From: Lachnospiraceae bacterium
GTDB taxonomy: Bacteria > Bacillota > Clostridia > Lachnospirales > Lachnospiraceae
Reading direction: 5' to 3'
Assembly (NCBI GenBank): GCA_019423745.1
Contig: JAHZAV010000010.1
Location: forward strand, 4,727-68,726
Length of the DNA: 64,000 nt
The notes under the pieces are model-generated. The model worked only from the letters and a program-made list of their open reading frames with translations, was not told where the DNA came from and ran no database searches. The position numbers and the translations under genes are program-made. Below are positions 40,117 through 49,123 of the stretch, one piece after another; within the stretch, counting starts at the first letter, position 1, and each line of letters opens with the position of its first letter.

Positions 40117-42500
40117 TATTAGATCGACTTGGAAAGGAACTGATATTTTTTGACGGAGGGATGGGAACCATTCTTCAAGAAAAAGGATTAAAACCGGGAG
40201 AGTTGCCGGAAAACTGGAATATTGAACATACAGAAGAAGTAGTGGACATACATCGTCAATATTTTGAGGCGGGAAGTGATATTGTCCTTACAAATACATT
40301 TGGAGCGAATGCTTTAAAATTTCATGGCAGTCAGTATGAATTAGAAGATATTATTACAGCTGCTGTAGTGAATGCCAAAGAAGGCGCTAATTTTGGCGTC
40401 CATGATGGGAGAGAAGTGTACGTGGGTCTGGATATAGGACCTACTGGAAAACTTTTGCAGCCGCTTGGTGATTTGAGTTTTGAGGAAGCTTATGATGCCT
40501 TTAGGGAAGCGATAAAGTATGGAGAAGCAGCAGGTGCCGACTTAATTCATATAGAGACAATGAGCGATACTTATGAAATGAAAGCGGCAGTCCTGGCAGC
40601 AAAAGAAAATACATCTCTGCCTGTTTTTGCAACGATGATTTTTGATGAAAAAGGGAAACTTCTCACTGGAGGAGATGTACCTTCTGCGGTGGCGTTGCTG
40701 GAAGGGCTCCGCGTGGATGCGTTGGGGATTAACTGTGGTCTTGGACCAGAACAGATGATACCTGTATTGGAAGAAATCATGCGATATTCGTCTCTGCCGG
40801 TTATAGTAAAACCCAATGCAGGACTTCCAAAACAGAGGGGTGGAAAGACATGGTATGATGTGGAACCGGAAGATTTTGCAAGGTCAATGGAGAAGATTGT
40901 AAAAATGGGTGCCTGCATAATCGGTGGCTGCTGTGGAACAACGCCGGCTCATATTCGCAGTATGACAGAAAGATGTAGAAAGCTTGTGGTCAAGCGACCT
41001 GTACCAAAAACAGATACTATCGTTTCTTCTTATGGAAAAGCAGTTGTGATTGGAGACCAGCCCGTTATCATAGGAGAACGAATCAATCCTACCGGAAAGA
41101 AGAAATTCCGTCAGGCTTTGAAAGAACATGACCTTGATTATATTCTTAAAGAAGCAGTAACTCAGCAGGATAAAGGAGCACACATTCTTGATGTTAATGT
41201 AGGACTTCCAGACATTGATGAGACTGAAATGATGAAGGATGTGGTAACCAGTCTGCAGAGTATTACAAGTCTTCCTCTTCAGATTGATACAGTAGATGCA
41301 GAGGCTATGGAGGCTGCTATGCGTCTTTATAATGGAAAGCCAATGATTAATTCCGTAAATGGAAAACAGGAGTCTATGGATCAGGTATTTCCTCTAGTGA
41401 AAAAATATGGAGGAGTAGTTGTGGGACTTACACTGGATGAAAGTGGAATTCCAGATACGGCGGAAGGACGGCTCGAAATTGCTGGAAAGATTATCCATGA
41501 AGCAGAAAAATATGGAATTTTAGCCAAAGATATTGTGATTGATGTACTTGCTATGACCATTAGCTCTGATCCAAGTGGGGCGAAGACTACCTTAGATGCA
41601 TTAGAGTTGGTAAGAAAAACATATGGTGTACGGACTGTGTTGGGAGTTTCCAATATCTCTTTTGGACTTCCTTATCGTCCGGCAATTAATTCAAATTTCT
41701 TTACTATGGCAATGCAAAAAGGGCTAAGTGCAGGAATTATTAATCCATCATCAGAAGAGATGATGCGTTCCTACTATTCTTATTGTGCATTGATGAATTA
41801 TGACAAGAATTGTGAAGAATATATTCGGCAGTACGGGAATTTTTCAGCAGCTATGAGTACTCCTTCGGAAACTGGCAGTCTTACATTAAAGGGAAGCATT
41901 GAGAAGGGATTGAAAGAAGAAGCACGACTTATCACTTCGCAATTGGTGGAAAAGGAAGCCCCCCTTGCAATCATTGATGAACATTTGATTCCAGCCCTTG
42001 ATGAGGTGGGAAAGGGATTTGAAAAGGGGACTGTATTTCTTCCGCAGCTTCTGATGAGTGCAGAGGCAGCAAAAGAGGCATTTGCCGTTTTGAGGGATAA
42101 AATGTCTGTAGAAGGGAAAGAAAATGAGAAAAAAGATAAAATTATTCTTGCAACAGTCAAGGGAGATATTCATGATATCGGAAAAAATATTGTAAAGGTT
42201 CTTCTCCAAAATTATGGATTTGATGTGATTGATATGGGAAAAGACGTTCCTCCGGAAGACATCGTAGAAAGGGCTGTAAAAGAGGATATATGTCTTGTTG
42301 GTTTGAGTGCTTTGATGACTACAACCGTAGGAAGTATGGAAGAAACGATCCGAAGACTGCGGCAAGAAAAGCCAGAGTGCAAGGTTATGGTAGGAGGAGC
42401 CGTTCTCAACCAAGAATATGCGGATATGATTGGAGCAGATTTTTATGGGAAAGATGCAATGCAGTCCGTATATTATGCACAGAAAGTTTTTGGGGCGTGA
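40113..42500 (+). CDS. metH: Cobalamin-dependent methionine synthase (Hcy, pterin and B12 domains)
   Basis: DGGMGT, INC, GGCCGT, IGERINPTG, LGVSNISFG, GDIHDIGKNIV, SALMTTT. Confidence 0.93.
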   Translation: MILDRLGKELIFFDGGMGTILQEKGLKPGELPENWNIEHTEEVVDIHRQYFEAGSDIVLTNTFGANALKFHGSQYELEDIITAAVVNAKEGANFGVHDGREVYVGLDIGPTGKLLQPLGDLSFEEAYDAFREAIKYGEAAGADLIHIETMSDTYEMKAAVLAAKENTSLPVFATMIFDEKGKLLTGGDVPSAVALLEGLRVDALGINCGLGPEQMIPVLEEIMRYSSLPVIVKPNAGLPKQRGGKTWYDVEPEDFARSMEKIVKMGACIIGGCCGTTPAHIRSMTERCRKLVVKRPVPKTDTIVSSYGKAVVIGDQPVIIGERINPTGKKKFRQALKEHDLDYILKEAVTQQDKGAHILDVNVGLPDIDETEMMKDVVTSLQSITSLPLQIDTVDAEAMEAAMRLYNGKPMINSVNGKQESMDQVFPLVKKYGGVVVGLTLDESGIPDTAEGRLEIAGKIIHEAEKYGILAKDIVIDVLAMTISSDPSGAKTTLDALELVRKTYGVRTVLGVSNISFGLPYRPAINSNFFTMAMQKGLSAGIINPSSEEMMRSYYSYCALMNYDKNCEEYIRQYGNFSAAMSTPSETGSLTLKGSIEKGLKEEARLITSQLVEKEAPLAIIDEHLIPALDEVGKGFEKGTVFLPQLLMSAEAAKEAFAVLRDKMSVEGKENEKKDKIILATVKGDIHDIGKNIVKVLLQNYGFDVIDMGKDVPPEDIVERAVKEDICLVGLSALMTTTVGSMEETIRRLRQEKPECKVMVGGAVLNQEYADMIGADFYGKDAMQSVYYAQKVFGA

Positions 42501-42530
42501 TATGTTTTTGATTTTGTACACGTGAGAATG

Positions 42531-42559
42531 TTGACAAAAAATTAACGTTTGTCTATAGT
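42531..42559 (+). promoter_or_regulatory. SigA promoter of the hydrogenase, with a weak Rex-box-like overlap
   Basis: TTGACA-17-TATAGT; TTGACAA-AAAA-TTAACGT matches TTGTTAA-N4-TTAACAA with 4 mismatches. Confidence 0.6.
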
Positions 42560-42601
42560 GAGAGTGAAAATGAGAGAATAAGGATAGGAGGAAACTGTTC
42601 T

Positions 42602-44116
42602 ATGATGAGAGGTCTGAATACTACAGTACGTCAGATACGAAGAAAAGTATTTGAAGAAGTGGCCCGTCTTGGATTCCAGTCTAATGATGAGACACTCAAT
42701 GATGATATGGAGGCAATTCCATATGCTATTGTAAATGAAGATTCCAAAATAAAATACCGGGAAAGTGTATATCGTGCACGTGCTATTGTGCGTGAACGTC
42801 TTCGTCTTGCAATGGGACTTTCCCTGAGGCCTGAAAATCGTCCGGTGCATTTGACAGCCGGGGTAGAAGCTAGTAATATTTCTGATAAATATTATGAACC
42901 CCCTTTGATGCAGGTCATTCCTTCAGCGTGTGAAGCATGTGAGGAAAGAGGATATGAAGTTAGCAATATGTGCAAAGGATGCCTTGCCCACCCATGTATG
43001 GAGGTCTGTCCGAAAAACGCAATTTCTTTTGTAAAGGGCAAATCTTTTATCGATCAGGAGAAATGTATCAAATGCGGTAAATGTAAATCTGTTTGTCCGT
43101 ACGATGCAATTTCCAGAAAAGAGCGTCCCTGCCAGAAGGCTTGTGGTGTAGGAGCCATTGAGTCTGATAAGATGGGACGTGCCTATATTAATACGGATAA
43201 ATGTGTATCCTGCGGTATGTGTATGGTTAATTGTCCTTTTGGTGCTATTTCTGATAAATCACAGATTTTCCAGCTGGCTCATGCACTGAAGAATGGAGAT
43301 CGGGTTATAGCTGAAATTGCTCCGGCGTATGCAGGACAATTTGGAGATAATATTACTCCGAGAAATTTGAAAGCAGCTCTTCAGGAGCTGGGGTTTGAGG
43401 AGTTTTATGAAGTGGCACTTGGAGCAGATATTGGTGCGATAGCAGAAGCACATCACTATGTGAATAAGGTTACCACAGGAGAACTGCCGTTTCTTCTCAC
43501 CTCTTGCTGCCCTTCCTGGGCAATGCTGGCTAAAAAGTATTTCCCGGATCTGATTGATGAAGTGTCACAGGAACTGACACCTATGGTAGCAACAGCGCGC
43601 ACAATAAAACAGAAACATCCGGATTCCAAGGTCGTATTCATTGGTCCATGTGCAGCGAAGAAGTTAGAGGCAATGCGTCGCACAGTACGCAGTGATGTAG
43701 ATTTTGTTATTACGTTTGAAGAGCTTCAGGCTATGTTTGATGCAAAAGGCATTGATCTGGAAAAGTACGAAGCTGAATCATCTTTCCATAATGCAACAGG
43801 TGCAGGGCGTGGATATGCTGTGGCTGGTGGCGTTGCGGAGGCTATTGAAAAATGCATCAATGAGTACTATCCAGATGTGGAAGTTAATATTGAGCACGCA
43901 GAGGGGCTTGCAGAGTGTAAGAAAGTATTGACTCTTGCGAAAGCAGGTAAAATGAATGGATGTCTGATTGAAGGAATGGGATGTCCGGGAGGATGTGTTG
44001 CAGGAGCGGGAACGAATATTCCGGTAGCGAAAGCACAGAAGAAGATTAAAGATTTTGTGAAAGCTTCCTCCAGACAGATTCCGCCGAAAGAGTTGGAAGA
44101 GATCGAGTTAAAATAA
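42602..44116 (+). CDS. Monomeric [FeFe]-hydrogenase (group B-like) with ferredoxin 4Fe-4S domains
   Basis: CxxCxxCxxxCP repeats; H-cluster motifs TSCCPSW, GPCAAKKLE, EGMGCPGGCVAG. Confidence 0.88.
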   Translation: MMRGLNTTVRQIRRKVFEEVARLGFQSNDETLNDDMEAIPYAIVNEDSKIKYRESVYRARAIVRERLRLAMGLSLRPENRPVHLTAGVEASNISDKYYEPPLMQVIPSACEACEERGYEVSNMCKGCLAHPCMEVCPKNAISFVKGKSFIDQEKCIKCGKCKSVCPYDAISRKERPCQKACGVGAIESDKMGRAYINTDKCVSCGMCMVNCPFGAISDKSQIFQLAHALKNGDRVIAEIAPAYAGQFGDNITPRNLKAALQELGFEEFYEVALGADIGAIAEAHHYVNKVTTGELPFLLTSCCPSWAMLAKKYFPDLIDEVSQELTPMVATARTIKQKHPDSKVVFIGPCAAKKLEAMRRTVRSDVDFVITFEELQAMFDAKGIDLEKYEAESSFHNATGAGRGYAVAGGVAEAIEKCINEYYPDVEVNIEHAEGLAECKKVLTLAKAGKMNGCLIEGMGCPGGCVAGAGTNIPVAKAQKKIKDFVKASSRQIPPKELEEIELK

Positions 44117-44144
44117 AATCAAATGCTGAAATTAATGCATAGAC

Positions 44145-44189
44145 AAAGGGAACCCCGGCGTTGACAAACGTTGGGGTTCTCTTTATAAT
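44145..44189 (+). terminator. Terminator hairpin containing the perfect alaS promoter
   Basis: AAAGGGAACCCCGGCG-TTGACAAA-CGTTGGGGTTCTCTTT; TTGACA(44161)-17-TATAAT(44184). Confidence 0.75.
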
Positions 44190-44258
44190 TAGGAAATAGT
44201 AGCGTCAAAGTGAACTGTAAACTTTGTACGCTGATGCTTGAATTTTTAGGAGGAAATT

Positions 44259-46898
44259 ATGCAGAAATACGGTGTAAATGAATTAAGAAGAATGTTCCTT
44301 GAGTTTTTTGAAAGTAAGGGACATCTTGCAATGAAAAGTTTTTCGCTGGTGCCTCACAATGATAAAAGCCTTTTGCTCATTAACTCAGGAATGGCACCAT
44401 TAAAACCATATTTTACAGGACAGGAAATTCCACCGAGAAAGCGTGTAACTACTTGTCAGAAATGTATACGTACAGGTGATATTGAAAATGTAGGTAAAAC
44501 CGCACGTCATGGTACATTTTTTGAAATGTTGGGAAATTTTTCTTTTGGGGATTATTTTAAAAAAGAATCGATTGCCTGGACATGGGAATTTTTAACAGAG
44601 GTAGTGGGCTTAGACCCGGATCGTCTTTATCCTTCTGTTTATCTGGAAGATGATGAAGCATGGGAAATCTGGAATAAGCAGATTGGTATTCCTGAAGACA
44701 GGATTTTCCGGTTTGGAAAAGAGGATAATTTCTGGGAACACGGATCCGGTCCATGTGGTCCTTGTTCAGAAGTATATTATGACCGTGGAGAAAAATACGG
44801 ATGTGGAAAGCCGGATTGTACGGTGGGTTGTGAATGTGACCGCTATATGGAAATCTGGAATAATGTATTTACTCAGTTTGATAATGACGGACATAATCAT
44901 TATACAGAACTGGAACAGAAAAATATTGATACAGGAATGGGACTGGAACGTTTGGCATGTATTGTACAGGATGTAGATTCCATGTTTGATATTGATACAA
45001 TTCGTGATCTTAGAGAGCATGTCTGCAGAATTGCTGGAAAAGAGTATGGCAAAGAAGATAATACGGATGTATCTGTGCGTGTGATAACCGATCATATCCG
45101 GTCAGTTACTTTTATGATTTCCGATGGAATTCTTCCTTCTAACAGCGGAAGAGGATATGTTCTTCGTCGTCTCCTTCGTCGTGCCTGCCGGCATGGTCGT
45201 CTTCTTGGTATTGAAGGAGAATTTCTGATTCAGCTTGCACAGACAGTCATTGATGGTTCAAAGGATGGTTATCCGGAGCTGGAGGAGAAAAAGGATTTTA
45301 TCTTCAAAGTAATTACAAAAGAAGAAGAACAGTTTAATAAGACAATCGATCAAGGTCTTTCTATTTTGGAAGGACTGGAAGCAAAGATGGAAAAAGAAGG
45401 AATAAAGGTACTTTCAGGTGCCGAAGCATTCCGGTTGTATGATACTTATGGTTTCCCTGTCGATTTAACAAGAGAAATTCTGGAAGAAAAAGGATTAAAA
45501 ATCGACGAGGAAGGTTTTGAAAAGGCTATGGCAGAACAAAGGGAAACTGCAAAAGGAACCTTTGGAGAGACAAATTATATGGGAGCAGATGTGACAATTT
45601 ACGAATCGATTGATCCGTCGGTTACATCAACTTTTGTTGGATATGATCATCTTGCATGGGAATCTGAGGTTACTGTTCTGACCACGGATGATGCAATTGT
45701 GGATGCTCTTTCAGATGGAGAAAAAGGAACCGTTTTTGTAAAGGAAACACCATTCTATGCTACAAGCGGAGGACAGGAAGCTGACAGAGGGTTCATCCGT
45801 ACAAAGGATGGAGTATTTGAGGTAGAAGATACGATTAAACTTTTAGGCGGCAAGATTGGTCATGTGGGACATGTTACGAGTGGTATGATAAAAGCAGGAG
45901 ATCATGTTTCGCTTGAGATTGATCAAGAAAAAAGAGCTCTTTCCGCGCGGAATCATAGTGCAACACATCTCTTGCAGCAGGCATTAAGGACTGTTCTTGG
46001 TACACATGTAGAGCAGGCAGGTTCTTCAGTTAACGAGAGTAGACTGCGTTTCGATTTTACTCATTTTTCTGCTCTTACGAAAGAAGAGATTAAAAAGGTA
46101 GAAAAGATCGTTAATGAGCAGATCATGAATTGTCTGCCTGTAAAAGCAGAAAATATGCCTATTGAAGAGGCGAAAAAGACAGGTGCTGCAGCTCTTTTTG
46201 GTGAAAAATATGGAGATATAGTCCGTGTTGTAAGTATGGGAGAGTTTTCTAAGGAATTTTGCGGCGGGACGCATGTGGATAACACAGGAGTCATTACTGC
46301 ATTTAAGATTATTTCAGAGAGTGGTGTTGCAGCTGGAGTTCGAAGAATTGAAGCTTTAACATCAAAAGGATTGATGAAATATTATGATGAGATGGAGGAG
46401 CGGTTGGAACAGTCCGCTAAGCTTTTGAAAGCTTCACCAGAACATCTGTTAGAAAAAATTTCTCATCTTCTCGCAGAAAATAAAGAACTGCACAGTGAGG
46501 TGGAGAGCCTAAAGAGTAAGTTGGCACAGGAATCCATGGGTGATGTGTCAGATCAGGTAAAAGAAGTGGCAGGCATGAAACTTTTAGCAGTACGGACGGA
46601 TGGCGTTGATATGAATGGGCTTCGGGATCTTGGAGATCAGATGAAAGAGAAGCTGGGAGACGGTGTTGTAGTAATTGCTTCGCAGATAGATGGGAAAGTT
46701 AATTTGATGGTTACTGCTACCGAAGGAGCTGTTAAGGCAGGTGCCCATGCAGGAAATTTAATCAAGGCTATTGCCACTTGTGTAGGCGGAGGCGGAGGCG
46801 GCCGTCCGAACATGGCGCAGGCTGGTGGAAAAAATCCAGACGGTATTGAAGAAGCTTTGCATAAAGCAGAGGAAGTACTGGCAGAGCAGCTTTGTTAA
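44259..46898 (+). CDS. alaS: Alanine--tRNA ligase
   Basis: NSGMAPLK, RHGTFFEMLGNFSFGDYFK, DTGMGLER, NHSATHLL, EFCGGTH, GGGGGRP. Confidence 0.98.
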   Translation: MQKYGVNELRRMFLEFFESKGHLAMKSFSLVPHNDKSLLLINSGMAPLKPYFTGQEIPPRKRVTTCQKCIRTGDIENVGKTARHGTFFEMLGNFSFGDYFKKESIAWTWEFLTEVVGLDPDRLYPSVYLEDDEAWEIWNKQIGIPEDRIFRFGKEDNFWEHGSGPCGPCSEVYYDRGEKYGCGKPDCTVGCECDRYMEIWNNVFTQFDNDGHNHYTELEQKNIDTGMGLERLACIVQDVDSMFDIDTIRDLREHVCRIAGKEYGKEDNTDVSVRVITDHIRSVTFMISDGILPSNSGRGYVLRRLLRRACRHGRLLGIEGEFLIQLAQTVIDGSKDGYPELEEKKDFIFKVITKEEEQFNKTIDQGLSILEGLEAKMEKEGIKVLSGAEAFRLYDTYGFPVDLTREILEEKGLKIDEEGFEKAMAEQRETAKGTFGETNYMGADVTIYESIDPSVTSTFVGYDHLAWESEVTVLTTDDAIVDALSDGEKGTVFVKETPFYATSGGQEADRGFIRTKDGVFEVEDTIKLLGGKIGHVGHVTSGMIKAGDHVSLEIDQEKRALSARNHSATHLLQQALRTVLGTHVEQAGSSVNESRLRFDFTHFSALTKEEIKKVEKIVNEQIMNCLPVKAENMPIEEAKKTGAAALFGEKYGDIVRVVSMGEFSKEFCGGTHVDNTGVITAFKIISESGVAAGVRRIEALTSKGLMKYYDEMEERLEQSAKLLKASPEHLLEKISHLLAENKELHSEVESLKSKLAQESMGDVSDQVKEVAGMKLLAVRTDGVDMNGLRDLGDQMKEKLGDGVVVIASQIDGKVNLMVTATEGAVKAGAHAGNLIKAIATCVGGGGGGRPNMAQAGGKNPDGIEEALHKAEEVLAEQLC

Positions 46899-46916
46899 TT
46901 TGATAAAAGTGTTTAA

Positions 46917-46958
46917 TAAAAGCGGAGACAGTTTTTATAAAACTTGTTCCCGCTTTTG
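46917..46958 (+). terminator. Terminator after alaS
   Basis: TAAAAGCGGAGACAG...CTTGTTCCCGCTTTTG. Confidence 0.7.
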
Positions 46959-46982
46959 TTAATGGCAAGAAAATAACAATGC

Positions 46983-47011
46983 TTGACGAAGAAAGCTCCA
47001 TTCTATATACT
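46983..47011 (+). promoter_or_regulatory. SigA promoter of the amino acid permease leader
   Basis: TTGACG-17-TATACT. Confidence 0.7.
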
Positions 47012-47024
47012 AAACACAAAAAAG

Positions 47025-47131
47025 ATCAGTGTTGATTTCTGGCAGTTATCAGGTACAGACACTGATGGGGGAATGCTTTCAGGTAAAGAAAGAGAGACAC
47101 AGGGTGTTCTTTTTTAATGCCCTGTGTTTTT
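47025..47131 (+). ncRNA. Candidate glycine-riboswitch-like leader with intrinsic terminator
   Basis: TTTCTGGCAG...CACTGATGG...CTTTCAGGTAAAGAAA resembles the glycine aptamer core (CUCUGGA..CACCGAAGG..CUYUCAGGU); terminator ACACAGGGTGTT...AATGCCCTGTGTTTTT. Confidence 0.45.
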
Positions 47132-47205
47132 ATTTGCTTTAAGCTTTCCTTCAATGTATTTGATTGATAAGGATTGATGGAGTCGTTAATCTAAAATAAA
47201 AGGAG

Positions 47206-48558
47206 ATGAGAAAAATGGATAAAAATAAAGGACTCAAGAAAAATTTAGGTGTGGCTACTGCAATGGCTACTGTAGTTGGATGTGTGATCGGATCCGGTGT
47301 GTTTTTTAAACCGCAGGCAATTTATACGGTAACAGGAGGTGCACCAGGACTTGGAATTTTGGCGTGGATTATTACAGGGCTTGCAAGTATTGCAGCCGCG
47401 CTTACCTTTGCAGAAGTAGCAATTATGATTCCTAAGACGGGAGGAATGGTGGCTTATCTGGAAGAAATATATAGTCCAATTGTGGGTTTCCTTGCAGGAT
47501 GGATACAAACTCTTGTCTTTTATCCTGCAATGATTTCTGCTTTGGCCGTTGCATTTGCTCAACAGGCGTCACTGTTTGTGGGAGAGAATTTTATGATTCC
47601 CATAGCTGTAGGTGCTATAGTTCTTATTATTTTTCTTAATAGTCTTGGCTCGAGTGTAGGAGGTGGCGTTCAAGTTGTTTTTACAGTTTGCAAGTTGATT
47701 CCTTTAATTCTACTCATGGTATTCGGCTTTTTAAAAGGAGGAGGAAACAATGCGATTTTTACACCTATGGTAGGGGACGGACTAAATCCTGCTGTTGTGT
47801 TGGGACAGCTTATGGTTGCGGTTCTTTTTGCATTTGAAGGCTGGACAAATGTAGGAGCTATTGCAGGAGAGATGAAAAGACCGGGGAGAGATCTCCCTAT
47901 CGCGATTGTAGGTGGAGTATCTGTTATTATGGCTGTTTATTTTGTAATTAATATTGCCTATTTATGGGTGCTTCCGGCAGATCAGCTGGCAACACTTTCA
48001 GCCCCGGCATCTGCAGTAGCCCTAGAGTTATTTGGCGATATAGGAGGAAAACTGGTGTCAGTAGGAATCATGATTTCCGTATTTGGTGCATGTAATGGAT
48101 TTGTACTGTCCGGATCCAGAGTAGCCTATTCTTTGGCGGCCACTCAAACACTTCCTTTTTCTAGTACGCTGTCTGTACTGAACAGAGCACAAGTTCCGGT
48201 TAACGCTATTATTCTTGTAGGCGGGATTGGATGTATTTATGCAGTGAGTGGAAGATTTAACCTTCTGACAGATCTGGCGGTTATATCAAGTTGGATGTTC
48301 TATACTCTGACCTTTATAGGAGTAATGAAACTTCGCCGTGACCGCCCGGATGCTGTACGCACATACAAAGTACCTCTTTATCCTATTGTTCCTGTCATTG
48401 CAGTTGTAAGTGGTATTTTTGTGATTGTCAATCAGATATTTCTTGCAGGAATACAGTCTACAATTTTATCACTTGGAAGCATAGTTGTTACGCTTCTTGG
48501 GATTCCGGTGTATGGAAGTGTTAAGAAGAGATCAAAGATACATGAAAAAAGGGAATAA
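47206..48558 (+). CDS. APC family amino acid permease (SteT/LAT-like)
   Basis: IGSGVFFKP, PKTGG, FAFEGW, EMKRPGRDLP, about 12 TM segments, YKVPLYP. Confidence 0.9.
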   Translation: MRKMDKNKGLKKNLGVATAMATVVGCVIGSGVFFKPQAIYTVTGGAPGLGILAWIITGLASIAAALTFAEVAIMIPKTGGMVAYLEEIYSPIVGFLAGWIQTLVFYPAMISALAVAFAQQASLFVGENFMIPIAVGAIVLIIFLNSLGSSVGGGVQVVFTVCKLIPLILLMVFGFLKGGGNNAIFTPMVGDGLNPAVVLGQLMVAVLFAFEGWTNVGAIAGEMKRPGRDLPIAIVGGVSVIMAVYFVINIAYLWVLPADQLATLSAPASAVALELFGDIGGKLVSVGIMISVFGACNGFVLSGSRVAYSLAATQTLPFSSTLSVLNRAQVPVNAIILVGGIGCIYAVSGRFNLLTDLAVISSWMFYTLTFIGVMKLRRDRPDAVRTYKVPLYPIVPVIAVVSGIFVIVNQIFLAGIQSTILSLGSIVVTLLGIPVYGSVKKRSKIHEKRE

Positions 48559-48565
48559 AAAACCA

Positions 48566-48593
48566 TTGACGTACAGGAAAAATGTGCTATAAT
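48566..48593 (+). promoter_or_regulatory. SigA promoter of rpsU
   Basis: TTGACG-16-TATAAT with an extended -10 TG. Confidence 0.65.
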
Positions 48594-48672
48594 CTTATGT
48601 AGTGCAATAAATATACCCGAACAGTCGTATGATGCACAATATAGGGCTGGAGGGGAGGTTAGGTGTGAGTCT

Positions 48673-48849
48673 ATGTCAAATGTAATCGTTAAAGAAAACG
48701 AGACGTTAGATAGCGCTTTACGCAGATTTAAAAGAAACTGCGCAAAGGCTGGTATTCAGCAGGAGATTCGTAAAAGAGAACATTACGAAAAACCAAGCGT
48801 AAGACGTAAAAAGAAATCTGAAGCTGCTAGAAAACGTAAGTATAATTAA
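48673..48849 (+). CDS. rpsU: 30S ribosomal protein S21 (missing from the ORF track)
   Basis: Manual translation: [58 protein letters not shown]. Confidence 0.97.
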   Translation: MSNVIVKENETLDSALRRFKRNCAKAGIQQEIRKREHYEKPSVRRKKKSEAARKRKYN

Positions 48850-48862
48850 TATGTGCAAAATG

Positions 48863-48893
48863 AAGATGACACAATAAAGTGTCATCTTTTTTT
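48863..48893 (+). terminator. rpsU terminator
   Basis: AAGATGACAC-aataaa-GTGTCATCTT plus T run. Confidence 0.85.
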
Positions 48894-48895
48894 AT

Positions 48896-48953
48896 GCAAT
48901 TAGGGACGTAATAAACTTTAAAAATGTTACGTGTCAAATTGCGGTAAGAGGTG
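48896..48953 (+). repeat. Palindromic element, copy B
   Basis: GCAATTAGGGACGTAATA-aactttaaaaa-TGTTACGTGTCAAATTGC-ggtaaga-GGTG. Confidence 0.85.
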
Positions 48954-49015
48954 TTCTTGTTTGTGATTATGGGTGCGTTTTTTTGAAAATATTAAAATCT
49001 TATCAAGCAGATCCC

Positions 49016-49089
49016 TATAGATAGAATCAATAGATCTATCTATATATTGTACATATCTATTGGACGAAAAACTGTGATATAGCTACAAT
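49016..49089 (+). promoter_or_regulatory. Operator-like inverted repeat and promoter of the sulfurtransferase gene
   Basis: TATAGATAGA-N9-TCTATCTATA (49016-49044) upstream of TGGACG(49061)-17-TACAAT(49084). Confidence 0.55.
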
Positions 49090-49123
49090 AAATAAGGATA
49101 TATGAAAATGAAGGAGGTTTTTG

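Noticed and set aside
46785..46802. GGCGGA tandem repeat in alaS
   Set aside because: Encodes the conserved Gly-rich DHHA1 motif; not a contingency locus.
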